Below are positions 13,682 to 24,287 of a stretch of 64,000 bases of DNA, in pieces. The stretch spans positions 23,932 through 87,931 of IMG/VR virus record IMGVR_UViG_3300020151_002511; one strand, given 5' to 3'. The position numbers and the translations under genes are program-made. The stretch is from a virus. Lineage: Duplodnaviria > Caudoviricetes. Within the stretch, counting starts at the first letter, position 1, and every line of letters begins with the position of its first letter. The notes below the pieces were generated by a model. The model was not told the origin of the DNA, ran no database searches, and saw nothing but the letters and a program-made list of their open reading frames with translations.

Positions 13682-15767
13682 ATGAGTGACTTTAATTATT
13701 CCATAGAAGACCTAACAGATACGTCTTCTATAGCTAGAAAAACTTCTAATAATTTTTATGGAAATCTACCTACAGGAGAACCAATTGTTACATCAAATTC
13801 TCAATCAGGAGATGCCTCTAGAAGTCTAACTCAAAGAGATCTACAAAGTGTTTTAGCTGGAGATGCACTATATAGAAATCCAGCTTTTGCATTGCAGCTG
13901 TCAAATCAATCTGTCCAATCTAGTATCAATGGAATATTAGGAAGTGTAGGAGGAGCAGATGCAAATAATCTTAAAATACAAGATCCTAACAGTAGCAATC
14001 CAAATGCAACCTTAACTCGGAGCTGGAGCTTTTAATCAGATAGTTGCAAAGAGCTCTTTAGGTTCAAACTCTTTGCCTTATGGTTCAAGAAATTATCTTC
14101 AAGAATTATCTGATAATTTACAAGGAGGATCTGGTTCTCCGGCAACTAGCAATTCTCAAAATCACGAGGATTCATCTAACTTTGTTTTTGATCCAACAAA
14201 TGGTGGAAAATCAGAAGTAAGAGTTTATACATTAAAAGAAGATTTATCTCAAGAAGAGGCATCTATTTTTGAAGATAAAATTAATGAACTTAAATCAAAT
14301 AATATTTTAACCAATCATCAAGTTCCTTATAAAACAAAAGCTTTTACAAAATTAGATCAAGGAATAACCCTTGAAGCAACGGGTGCAATAGGATTCGAGA
14401 AGGTAAAAATAGATTCTAGCTTTAATATAGAAAAAGCAAACGGTAAACATATTTACCCATGCGCTAATCTTATTGAATTTCTTTTAGCAATAAATACACA
14501 AATTAAATTAACTGGTGGATTTGATTTGGCTAGACCAACAATGATAGAAGGTAGTGGCGCAATTGAAGAGGGTAGCAGACTTAATGACCACTCTTGTGGA
14601 AGAGGAATAGATTGTTTTCATATTGGAAATAATGATAAAGATATACTTTTTTTAGGTAATGCAAAAGTAGAGACTAATAAAAAAGCCCTATATATTTTAC
14701 TAGATGCCATGAATGCATTAGATCCAAGCTTGCTTCCAGATCTTGTTGTTTTTGACGATAGGCTAGCACCTGAATTTGGGATAGTAAAGGGTGCACCTGA
14801 ATTTGGTACACAAGCTGCTGGGGTAAATGGTATTATTCAAAAAAAGTATTCAAGTTTAAAAAAAGTAAACTTTGCTGCTAATGCTGTTCACCAAAATCAT
14901 ATTCATATAGCTTTTTCGCCAGAAAGAGCAGGGACTTATCTAGATTACACAATACCTGAACCAGACTCTGAATGGAGTCCATCTAATCCAGGTGGCACAT
15001 CTAGTCCTTCTCAGGCATTAATATACGAGCCCGAGTTATACGAAAGTGCAATTAACAACCCAGGCAAGGTAATAAAAAACAAAAATGCTTTGTATAGGGC
15101 TCTTATAGAATTTGGTAAATTTAAACCAGAAACCGCAGCTCTTTTTATGTGTATACCAGAAAGAGAATCAAATTTTAATTCAGGTGGATTTAATGGCAAG
15201 ATTAGTACTGGTGATTACTCCTTTGGCATTTGGCAAATAAATGTTTACGGAGAAGGAAATAGCAACTACCTTGACAAGATTATTAATGTTCCAACCCTAC
15301 TTAATGGAAAAATAACTATAAAAAAAGTAAAACTTTTACATTTAGTCTTTAAAGATCATGTTTCTTTAGGAATTAATACAAAAGAACAAGCAACTGCTAA
15401 AATGGAAACTATATTTAGAGAAGAAGGTCGAGAGGGAGGAAGAAATTACGCTAATCCAGCTCTTTTTTATCCAGCTGTACAAGTTCAACTTTTAAAATTA
15501 ATAACTGAGCCTTATATAAAAAGCGATTGGAAATTCTCTCCTTGGGGAGAATACGGTGTATATGGATCAAAATATGGTTGGATAACAGAATTAAAGTTTA
15601 AAACTGCAGTAAAATTTTACGTTGAAAATAATCCTGGAAAAACTGAAGAAGATTTAAAAAAACACTGTGCACCATTTATAGATAATATGAAAAAATTTAG
15701 TCCTGAGGGAGTAAAAGTTTACAACCAATGGTTGAATGGAACAGTTTTCCCCTTTACTGCTAAGTAA
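13682..15767 (+). CDS. tail-associated peptidoglycan hydrolase (about 694 aa via +1 frameshift at 14018): M15-like Zn peptidase plus lytic transglycosylase-like domain
   Basis: HSCGRGID..HQNHIHI (LAS/M15-type H-x6-D..HxH) and ERESNFN..GIWQIN..FSPW (SLT/lysozyme-like). ORFs 13682..14035 and 14073..15767 join at CGG-A. Confidence 0.7.
14018..14021 (+). other. +1 recoding site 2 (act CGGA gct)
   Basis: Both frames are open only over 14016-14035, and an in-frame CGG sits inside that interval. Confidence 0.75.
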
Positions 15768-15822
15768 AAATAACTCTAAGAAAGTAAAAGTTTATAACCA
15801 ATGGTTGAATGGAGAAGTTTTC
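15710..15822 (+). repeat. 40-bp imperfect direct repeat (15710-15749 and 15783-15822, 37/40 identical)
   Basis: agtaaaagtttacaaccaatggttgaatggaacagttttc versus agtaaaagtttataaccaatggttgaatggagaagttttc. Confidence 0.85.
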
Positions 15823-16187
15823 GGTGGTTAATATATATCCTAAATTTGATCAAAAGATTAGTGACCATATCACGTCCTCTAGAATGCAGGAACAAAAAAC
15901 AAGACCTGCAACTGTTACAAGTTATGATAGAATAAGTAACACGATAACTGTAGTTCTGGAATCGCATAGTTCTAGCATGATAGGTAACATAGTGGATAAT
16001 ATACCTTGTCCGTCTTTTTATCGGAATTCAAATGGTTGCTCCAGAACCAGGAGATAGATGCATAGTGGGCTTTAGTGATGAAAATGAAAGATCGCCATTT
16101 ATAGTTAATTTTATAAATGATTTTGGCAATGAACGAAATGTAAACTCTTCCATAGCAAACACTGGAATACCAAGGTATATGATCTAA
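15809..16187 (+). CDS. baseplate spike/gpV-Gp138-like N-terminal OB-fold protein (via +1 frameshift at 16022; start may be GTG at 15824)
   Basis: The 0 frame gives RPATVTSYD..TITV. The +1 frame continues GIQMVAPEPGDRCIVGF (the typical PxxGDxVxVxF motif) and stops at 16187, one base before the next ATG. Confidence 0.7.
16022..16025 (+). other. +1 recoding site 3 (tat CGGA att)
   Basis: In-frame CGG. The shift restores the OB-fold motif and fills the gap to the next gene. Confidence 0.75.
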
Positions 16188-16188
16188 A

Positions 16189-16845
16189 ATGACCAATAAA
16201 AAAATATTAAATAACGCACTAACAACCAATGTAGACAATTTCAACGAATCTCATGAGTTGTCAAAGAGATCTTCTTTTTCAAGAAGAGAGGTTGGTTTAA
16301 CCCATCCTGATACAAGCGCTTTTGTTAGATTGAATGACAAGGGAGACGTAGAAATATTTGCTGGAGAAGAGCTAGGGATAGTAATTAGTCCTAGCAGTAG
16401 GTCAATCTCTATATTTGCTGACGTTGTTAAGATAGTCACAAAAGAAGACTATGGCCTAAGGTGGAATAACATGAGCTTTAATTACGCCGGAGATATATAC
16501 AATGAGCCTTCTTTAGTCCAAACTAGTGAAAAAGAACATAATTCTGGCTTTAATTACGCAGATTACTACCTTGATGCACTAGGTGACTATGATGATATAG
16601 AAAAATCAGATAATATCACTACTATAACTGGTGATTTTGCTTTCGTTAAAACTCCCTCCGAAAGAAGGGAAGAATCTCCCACTGTAAATAATCCTTCTGT
16701 TATTTCAAAAAATGACATGGTTTTATTGAAAGAGTTTTCTTTAACAAATAGCACTGAAAAAGTTAAATACATGACTCAATTACTTGAGTCTGGTTTTACT
16801 TTTAGTCAAGCAAGAGAAAAAACAATGAGGGATAAGGGTGTCTGA
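16189..16845 (+). CDS. putative baseplate/spike-associated protein
   Basis: 218-aa ORF between the spike OB-fold gene and the gp25-like gene, with a beta-strand-rich central segment. Confidence 0.55.
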   Translation: MTNKKILNNALTTNVDNFNESHELSKRSSFSRREVGLTHPDTSAFVRLNDKGDVEIFAGEELGIVISPSSRSISIFADVVKIVTKEDYGLRWNNMSFNYAGDIYNEPSLVQTSEKEHNSGFNYADYYLDALGDYDDIEKSDNITTITGDFAFVKTPSERREESPTVNNPSVISKNDMVLLKEFSLTNSTEKVKYMTQLLESGFTFSQAREKTMRDKGV

Positions 16846-17218
16846 TCTATTTCTTACTTTAGACGGAGATATTTTAATTAACGGAAATAACGATGTCGCA
16901 AGAGTAAATACGTCACTTCAAAATGATGTTCAGCAAGTTTACGTTAGGCTAATGACGGAGCCCGGAGACTTCAGTGCTTATCCAAATTTGGGGGTTGATC
17001 TCTCAATACTATACGGCATGCCACAGAATCAACAGACTGGTCAGATGGGTAAGAACTTAATACTATCCGCCTTGAATAGGGAGCAATCATTTAAGGGGAG
17101 AAATATTGAAGTTACTGCAGTTCCAACAAGTCCAGATACAATAAGATTTGATATACATGTTCAATCAGGAAGTAACCAGCCAGTAACTTTAAGTATAAAA
17201 CAGAACTTAGGAGCATAG
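16838..17218 (+). CDS. gp25/GpW-like baseplate wedge (sheath initiator) protein
   Basis: QQVYVRLMTEPGDFSAYPNLGVDL resembles the gp25/DUF2634 motif (L.T.xGe...PxyG). 126 aa, immediately before baseplate J. Confidence 0.75.
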   Translation: MSDLFLTLDGDILINGNNDVARVNTSLQNDVQQVYVRLMTEPGDFSAYPNLGVDLSILYGMPQNQQTGQMGKNLILSALNREQSFKGRNIEVTAVPTSPDTIRFDIHVQSGSNQPVTLSIKQNLGA

Positions 17219-17223
17219 TACAA

Positions 17224-18393
17224 ATGGCTATAGTTAACAGTAAAACAAAAGATGAAATTATAGTTAGAATTATAAATTCATTAGAGCAAAATGCCAATAT
17301 AACTGCCACATCTCCAGGTTCTATAGCTAGAGCTTTCGCTGATGCTTTTGGAACTGAAATGTTTTATCTCTATGAATCTTTTAGAGAATCAGTAAGTCAA
17401 GGCAATCTATCAACAGCTTCTGGAAGATCTCTTGATTTAATAGGTGAATTATATAACGTGAGAAGAAAAGTTCTTTCTGATCAGCTGACCTATGAAAGAT
17501 CAACAGCAAATATAGAGTTTTTTATTAGCAGCTCTTATCAATCGTCAATTATTATCCCTAAAGGAACCTTAGTATACAATGATGTTGGCTCATTTAGCTC
17601 TTCCCAATATAGCTACAGAGTGGTGCAGGACATAGTTATATTAAGTGGAGTAAGTAAAGCTTACGGTATAGTTGAGCCAAACTTCCAATCTAACGAGTAT
17701 GTAGCATCTGTTGGCACTTTGACTAAGCATAATTATATAGCTCCTCCAGGAATCTTAGTCTTTTGCAATAACCCAAAAGAAATATATCCAATTTTAAATT
17801 CAGAGTCAGACGATAACTACAGAAGAAGAATACTTTCAGCAGTTAAGGTTAATACTACTGGAACTCTTGAATCTATAAGATTTGCAGCTCTTTCCGTAAG
17901 CGGAGTAAGAGACATAAGGATTAGAGAAGCTACTTATGGCCTTGGTTCTTGCGAGGTTATTATTGTCCCAGAGGTTCCAGGAAGAATTGGAAACATTCCA
18001 ACACTTGTAAACCAGGCAATTAACAACATCAGACCACTCGGAATTAGAATGAATGTAACAATAGCAGATCCTATTTCCGTTGCTGTAAATGCAACTATAT
18101 CTCTTCCATTTGGCACCGCAAATAATCTTCAACAAGGTATTCAAAATCAAGCTGCAATATTTGTTAAGAGGTATTTAAACTCTCTTACGATAGGAGATTT
18201 CATTGAAATACAAGAGGTGGAAAGACAAATAAAAATATCTTCCGAATTTATAAAGTCTATCAATATCACTTCGATTACAGCTGGCGGAGTAAATATTAAT
18301 AGAAAAGAATTTAAACCACAAAATGAAAGACAATACATTGTTTCTGGCACAATCAGTATAAACTCTGTTATAATTGGTGCATCAAACTACTAA
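17224..18393 (+). CDS. baseplate J-like protein
   Basis: TASGRSLDLIGELYNVRR, IPKGT and ESDDNYRRRI..GT..SI...ALSVSGV motifs. Confidence 0.85.
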   Translation: MAIVNSKTKDEIIVRIINSLEQNANITATSPGSIARAFADAFGTEMFYLYESFRESVSQGNLSTASGRSLDLIGELYNVRRKVLSDQLTYERSTANIEFFISSSYQSSIIIPKGTLVYNDVGSFSSSQYSYRVVQDIVILSGVSKAYGIVEPNFQSNEYVASVGTLTKHNYIAPPGILVFCNNPKEIYPILNSESDDNYRRRILSAVKVNTTGTLESIRFAALSVSGVRDIRIREATYGLGSCEVIIVPEVPGRIGNIPTLVNQAINNIRPLGIRMNVTIADPISVAVNATISLPFGTANNLQQGIQNQAAIFVKRYLNSLTIGDFIEIQEVERQIKISSEFIKSINITSITAGGVNINRKEFKPQNERQYIVSGTISINSVIIGASNY

Positions 18394-18409
18394 AGGTTGG
18401 TTTAAATTA

Positions 18410-19651
18410 ATGAGTGAAAAATACTTTCTCTTGACAACTACGCATATTGTCAAGGCGCCAAATATGACTCAGGCAAAAATGACTATAGAAAGAGAAGAAG
18501 ATTCTCTTGGAGAGACTCTAAAAGAGAGTCTTGACATAAACGAAGTAAGCGTTGCTGAAGCTAGTAAGTACATAGGATTCTCTGAAACATCTAGACAAGA
18601 TGAAGACTATGATTTAACGCAAGATGCAGACTCAGAGTCAGATGGAACTTCTTATAATAATAAGTTTGACTTCATCAGAGCTGAGAATAAAAGACTTGCT
18701 CGTCTAGCCGAAAAGAATAAAAACGTAAAAGATGAAACTATATTAGCAGTGTATGAAGCTGCTTACTCAGCATTCTCTGAATTTGAACTTCCTGCAATTA
18801 AACAAAAGAATGCTCCGTCTTCTAAAAAGGGAATATCGGAAACAGCAGTGGCAGTTTTTGCAGACTGGCAACTTGGAAAGGTTACACCTTCTTATAACTC
18901 AGAAGTTCTTGCACAAAGAATAGAAGCTTATGCAGAAAAGCTTATTGAGATTACAGACATTCAAAGAACGCATCATCCTGTAGATGATCTGCACGTTTGG
19001 CTTTTAGGTGACATTGTAGAAGGTGAAGAAATCTTCCCTGGCCAAAGCCATTTAATTGACTCTGGTCTTTATAGGCAGGTTGGAATTAATGGTCCTGAAA
19101 TCTTGGGTAACTTTCTTAGAACAGCACTTGAGAACTTTAAGCACGTTCACGTTACAGGGATCATAGGCAATCATGGGGCAGTCGGCGGAAGAGCAAGAAA
19201 GCAACATGACCCTGAGACAAACATGGACAGATTACTCTATAAGATTGTCCAATTAATCTTCAAAGATGAACCAAGAATTACCTTTAATATACCAGATGGT
19301 AAAGGTGAGAGAAACTTTTATGCCGTCGATACGATAGGCTCATACAGTTCACTTCTCATTCATGGTGACCAAATGCCTGCACCAAGTGCCTCATACGGTT
19401 ACTATAAAAAGGTAATGGGCTGGAAAGATGGCGCTATCCCGGAGCATTTTGAAGACGTATTTATGGGTCATTACCATCAACAGGTAAAGATGACTATAGG
19501 TAGTAGTCTTTTAAGAATTTCTGGATCACCAGAAAGTCACAATACATATGCTCAGGAATACTTCTCATCAATGAGTAGACCATGCCAACACCTAATGTTT
19601 GTACACCCAGACAATGGAGTTACCTCAGAGTACTCAATCTGGTTAGACTGA
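18410..19651 (+). CDS. calcineurin-like metallophosphoesterase (phage exonuclease-like) with an N-terminal small domain and coiled coil
   Basis: DWQLG, LGDIVEG, GNHG, HGD and GHYH motifs. Confidence 0.8.
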   Translation: MSEKYFLLTTTHIVKAPNMTQAKMTIEREEDSLGETLKESLDINEVSVAEASKYIGFSETSRQDEDYDLTQDADSESDGTSYNNKFDFIRAENKRLARLAEKNKNVKDETILAVYEAAYSAFSEFELPAIKQKNAPSSKKGISETAVAVFADWQLGKVTPSYNSEVLAQRIEAYAEKLIEITDIQRTHHPVDDLHVWLLGDIVEGEEIFPGQSHLIDSGLYRQVGINGPEILGNFLRTALENFKHVHVTGIIGNHGAVGGRARKQHDPETNMDRLLYKIVQLIFKDEPRITFNIPDGKGERNFYAVDTIGSYSSLLIHGDQMPAPSASYGYYKKVMGWKDGAIPEHFEDVFMGHYHQQVKMTIGSSLLRISGSPESHNTYAQEYFSSMSRPCQHLMFVHPDNGVTSEYSIWLD

Positions 19652-19676
19652 TTAAAAAATTGAAAGGCATCTGTAG

Positions 19677-22600
19677 ATGAAGCAATTTATCATAGCACTT
19701 AGGAGTGCAGATTTTGTTAAATCTGGTAAAAGCTGGTCTACAGGTGCTATCGATTTATACCACAATAAATGGTATACCAACTACTCTATTTCAAGGTCTA
19801 GAAATGGCCTAAATACTATTGGCGATAGAACATTTGTTGGAACAGAAATCCTACAGGATGCTACGCCTACCATTGTAGTCGATGGCTCGACTCCAGTAAG
19901 CGTTACAAACTATGGCGAAATTGTTCAACAAGCTGGAGTCGTATCATATAATATCTTTGATTATGACCAAGAGTCTGGTCAATATTATATATATGACTTA
20001 ATACAAGACTCTTCTCCATTTTACATTCTCAATCCAGATTCTGTAGACTTAGATCTTTTTAGATTTATTGATACAAAATCAAGAGTAGATATATTAAGCT
20101 CTAAGCGGAGCGTTTACTGAATCTCTTAATCAAGATAATCCTACCTATACTTTAATAACCTATGAGTCTGACTCTACAGAAGGGCCATGGTTAAAGTCTG
20201 CTATATCTCAAGACGTAGGAACTCTTTTTATAAAAAATGCTAAAAGATATGTAAGATTTGAATTAGAGATAGTATCATTTCTTAACCCTGAAGACGTAGA
20301 AGATTATGGATTTGTTCTCCTTGTAGAAGTAGCAGTAGATAATCCAGTATCTCCAGTATTGTCTAGAACAACAAAGAAGATTCTTTCAAGATTTCCATCT
20401 TGGATGAAAATGTTTTTAGACTCAGAAGATGATGCTACTCCTAGTTTACAACTACCTGAGACTACAGCTGGAAAATTTGTTAACTCTTTAGTATCAGATT
20501 TCCCAGAAAACTTTGAAAAACAAGTAAATCTATTTCAACTAGATAGATTTATCTCAACTTCTGACTTAGAGCAATCAGCATGGATGTATATCTCCTCAGA
20601 TGTACCAGCATCAATAGCTAGAGTACTTGGTGACGGAGTGCCCTTAGCAAGAATAGATTCAATAATAGATTTATATGAATCTTTAGAAAACGATTATTGC
20701 TACTATTATAATGCTCTTGATAGACAGATTCTTACAAAAAAACTATTCAAGGTATTATCTGCTGATGGTATCACCTATCAACAAACCCCAACTCTTAAAT
20801 GGAACTGGTTTGATGAGTTTGCATCTCGTGTTGGAATACAAAGATTATATCTTGAATCAAATGATAGTCTTAGAAAAAGAACATTAGATGTTTACAAAAA
20901 TCTTCCTGGACCAACAGTAGAGGCAGTTAAAAAAACCCTAAGAAGAGAGCTTAATATATGGAGTGCCTATGGGGCAACTCCTGATTCCGATTACTTAGGA
21001 GCAACTCCTGAAATAATTGAAATACAAAATATGGAAAGTTCTAGTCCATACTTTGATGGATACGGTAAGCCAACATCAAAATTTGTTGACTTTGTAAAAG
21101 ATATAAATGAAAAGTATCCAACAAACTGGGGATATGTTAAATGGGGCGAAGGATACTGGGACTATGCTGGCAAAGACCAGCTGAGCATAGGTAGAATTCC
21201 TGCAGCTTATGATGATGCAACTCCATTGGGTTTCTACTACCAGCCTGGAGTTGGAGACATTAACGATGCAAATGTTATTATAAAAGAACCTTTTGAAAAT
21301 GAGATAGAAGTAGAATCTAGATTCCTTGCTACCGGATTAAGGTATCTTGGAACAGAAGATAACTATGCTCCAATTAAGGTTGACTATCAGTATTATGGAT
21401 CGTACGATCAAGATTATTATGAAAATGATAGTGCAACGGTTAACTTTCGATACACGCTAGTCACGCCTCCTCATGGTTCATATTCTACATCAAAAACTTT
21501 CTATTCAGATTTAACATATAAGCCAAAAAATACTTTTTATCCTGGACATCCAGCAAGTCCTGAATTTAATGTTATGAACATATTTGACCAGGACGGTTAT
21601 GCCTACACGCAATATGTATTTAAAGATCTATCTAATGATCAACCATATCTAAATACATCTGCTAATCCAAATTCAAATAGAATAAATTATTACTATGCAA
21701 CAAAAGCTTCTGCTACGCCATCGTCTGGTTCTTCTAATTTTGAGATTGGATTTATTGGATCAACCCCTTCCACTAGCACTATCGGAAGTCCAATCGATTT
21801 AGCTACACCAAAGTTCAGTAACAACGGTGCTAATATCAAATTAATTTCAAAAGTTTATAACAAAAAAAGAGGTTCTTTTACCACATCTCCAAAAATTGAT
21901 GGCAGTTTTGTTCTTAATGGAATTAATTCTTTTTCTGAATTAAAAGATTTTACACTAGATAAAAATTCAATGATGAATACTTTAGTATTCCCGCCTGGAG
22001 CAACTCCAGCATATATTCATATTGAAAATGTTAAGCCGGTTGGATACGAAGACAATAGTCTTCTTAATGTTGCATCTCCCTATATTGGTTATGGTGGAAT
22101 TTCTACTTACGATTTCCTAGATTACTTAGTCCCAGCCTCGCCTAATATAGTCGCTAAGTATATAAATCCAAATTTTGCAACACCTCAAAATCACCTTGGT
22201 TACATTGGCACATCTGGATCTACAGTAAGTTATTATTTTGCAGATTTAAAGTATCCATATGGATCAACTCCTGATTCTATTATATTTAGCACGGGGCTAT
22301 CCTCTACTCCAGTTTATCCATTTAAAGTTGAATCATGGGAAACCTTTGAAGAATATAGCACTCCAATAATTCAGGCTTTGGTTAATAAAAATGGAGTAGT
22401 AAGATACGATCAAGATAATTGGGATGAAACATTTAGTAAGAATTCAAATATAGTTGGTAGATATGAATTAAATTACGAAACATTTGACCTTGATCCTGAT
22501 AATGATTATATTTACAAACTTGAAGCTGTTAACGAAACAGAAGGAGTAGAGCTTTATCTTTCAAAACAATATGTTTCTGTTGACAACGAAGATGACATAT

Positions 22601-24285
22601 GGATCTCTAACTCATTAACGGAATATGAAGGTGGAGTTATTGCCGATGTTGAAGTTAGTGCAAATTATACAGGAGTTTATAAGAGTTATATAAATTCAGG
22701 CTGGTACAGTCAAAACAGTGAAGATCATTATATATTTTCTAATCCAGTTACAGAAGAATTTTCTACTCCTGGTTTTAATTTAAATCTATCTAATGTAGCT
22801 AGACAAGGTGCTCCAATTATAGTTGAGAGACTTTTTGCCACTCCAACAATGCTATCAGAAGTAGCATTTTATAATGAGGCTACTCCAACTAGTGTTTCAC
22901 TAATTAATAATGAAATAGTAAAAGCTAATTTTACCAATGATTTATACCTAGGTTATGAAAACGTTTATGACGTAAGAGTAGTAGATAGTATTACCGGCTA
23001 CGAAATGCTACAAGCTGGATCTAGTTCTACAAGTAATGTAACAGTATTTAGTGGTGCTACTCCAGGAGTTAGCGATAGGGATTACTCAGTAACCTATAAA
23101 GTAAAAGATACATATATTATAGACAATGATCATTTTGACGCACCAAATCAAAAATATGTAACTCGTTTAGATTTTGATGCCACTCCAAATTCATATTACA
23201 AATATAAAGTAACTTATGAAAATTCTATAGCTGGTCATGCAACTCCGATAACCCTTGAAGTAGACCCGATGAAACTTTGGGATACAGAAGGTTTTGTATA
23301 CTTAAGCCATAATGACTATGAATTTGCAGACTTTGATTTGACTTTGAGTCCATCATATATTCTTGATAACTCAGATGAATACATGGCTTTAGTAGCTATA
23401 TCTATAGACGAAAATGGAAATCCAAAACCATATCAAACTTTTACTGTATCTTCTGCAAATCTGCAGTCCGAATATGCGTACTACACAACTGATATAAACG
23501 GTTTTGCATCGGTTATACTTTCTTATTCTGGAGTTATACCAGCTAATTTAACATCAGATACTATAACAGTTTCAGGTGTTGTCGATGGTTCTGTGCATGC
23601 TCATCTAAACTCTCAAACTGAAGGCTTCTCTGAGACACTAAGTTATTCAATATCATCAATATATGAAAAGGAAATTGAGCTAAAAGCTTTCCCTTTAAAC
23701 ACTATATCTTATGCCGACGGCCTTACGAATAATTATATTACTGGGGTTGTTAGGTCACCTTTTGGTGATCCTCAGGTAAATAAAATAGTTTACTGGAGAA
23801 AAGGTAGAACATTAAAAGACGTATTTGATGCAACCCCATATTCAAATTATGTAACTACTGATGAATATGGAATGTTCGAGGTAGGCCCAATTCTATCTAT
23901 GGATAAATATAATCCTGGAATATGGATAACAGCTTTAGAGACTGAAAACGCAGCAACAGTAAACTATAGTCCAAATACATTAGCTGGAGATATAGTATAT
24001 TGGTATGAAAAATATGATAACTTAAGTTACAATTTCAAGGATGCTATATTATATAATCCAAATGTACTATATGAAGAGGTAGAGGATATGTATTCTACTC
24101 CGTCTTTTACTACCAATTACCACGACGGAAGCTATGCTTCTACGTATGTAGCAACCCCAAATTGGATGCCACCAAAATGGTACCCAATGTCAAGAAAAAC
24201 TCAGCATGATATAGGTCTTCTTGGCTCAACTCCTTATTACGTTGCAGATTATTATGAATTAATGAATGAATATGAGGAAGATTAA
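19677..24285 (+). CDS. large virion (baseplate/tail) protein, about 1535 aa via +1 frameshift at 20106, rich in [A/S]TP motifs
   Basis: ORF 19677..20120 plus a frame open from 20098 to 24285. WFDEFASRVGIQRLYLESNDSLRKR resembles baseplate wedge/tail I-like repeats, and there are Ig-like segments. Confidence 0.65.
20106..20109 (+). other. +1 recoding site 4 (aag CGGA gcg)
   Basis: Both frames are open only over 20098-20120. The shift explains the otherwise unassigned 20120-20358 gap. Confidence 0.75.
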
Positions 24286-24287
24286 AA

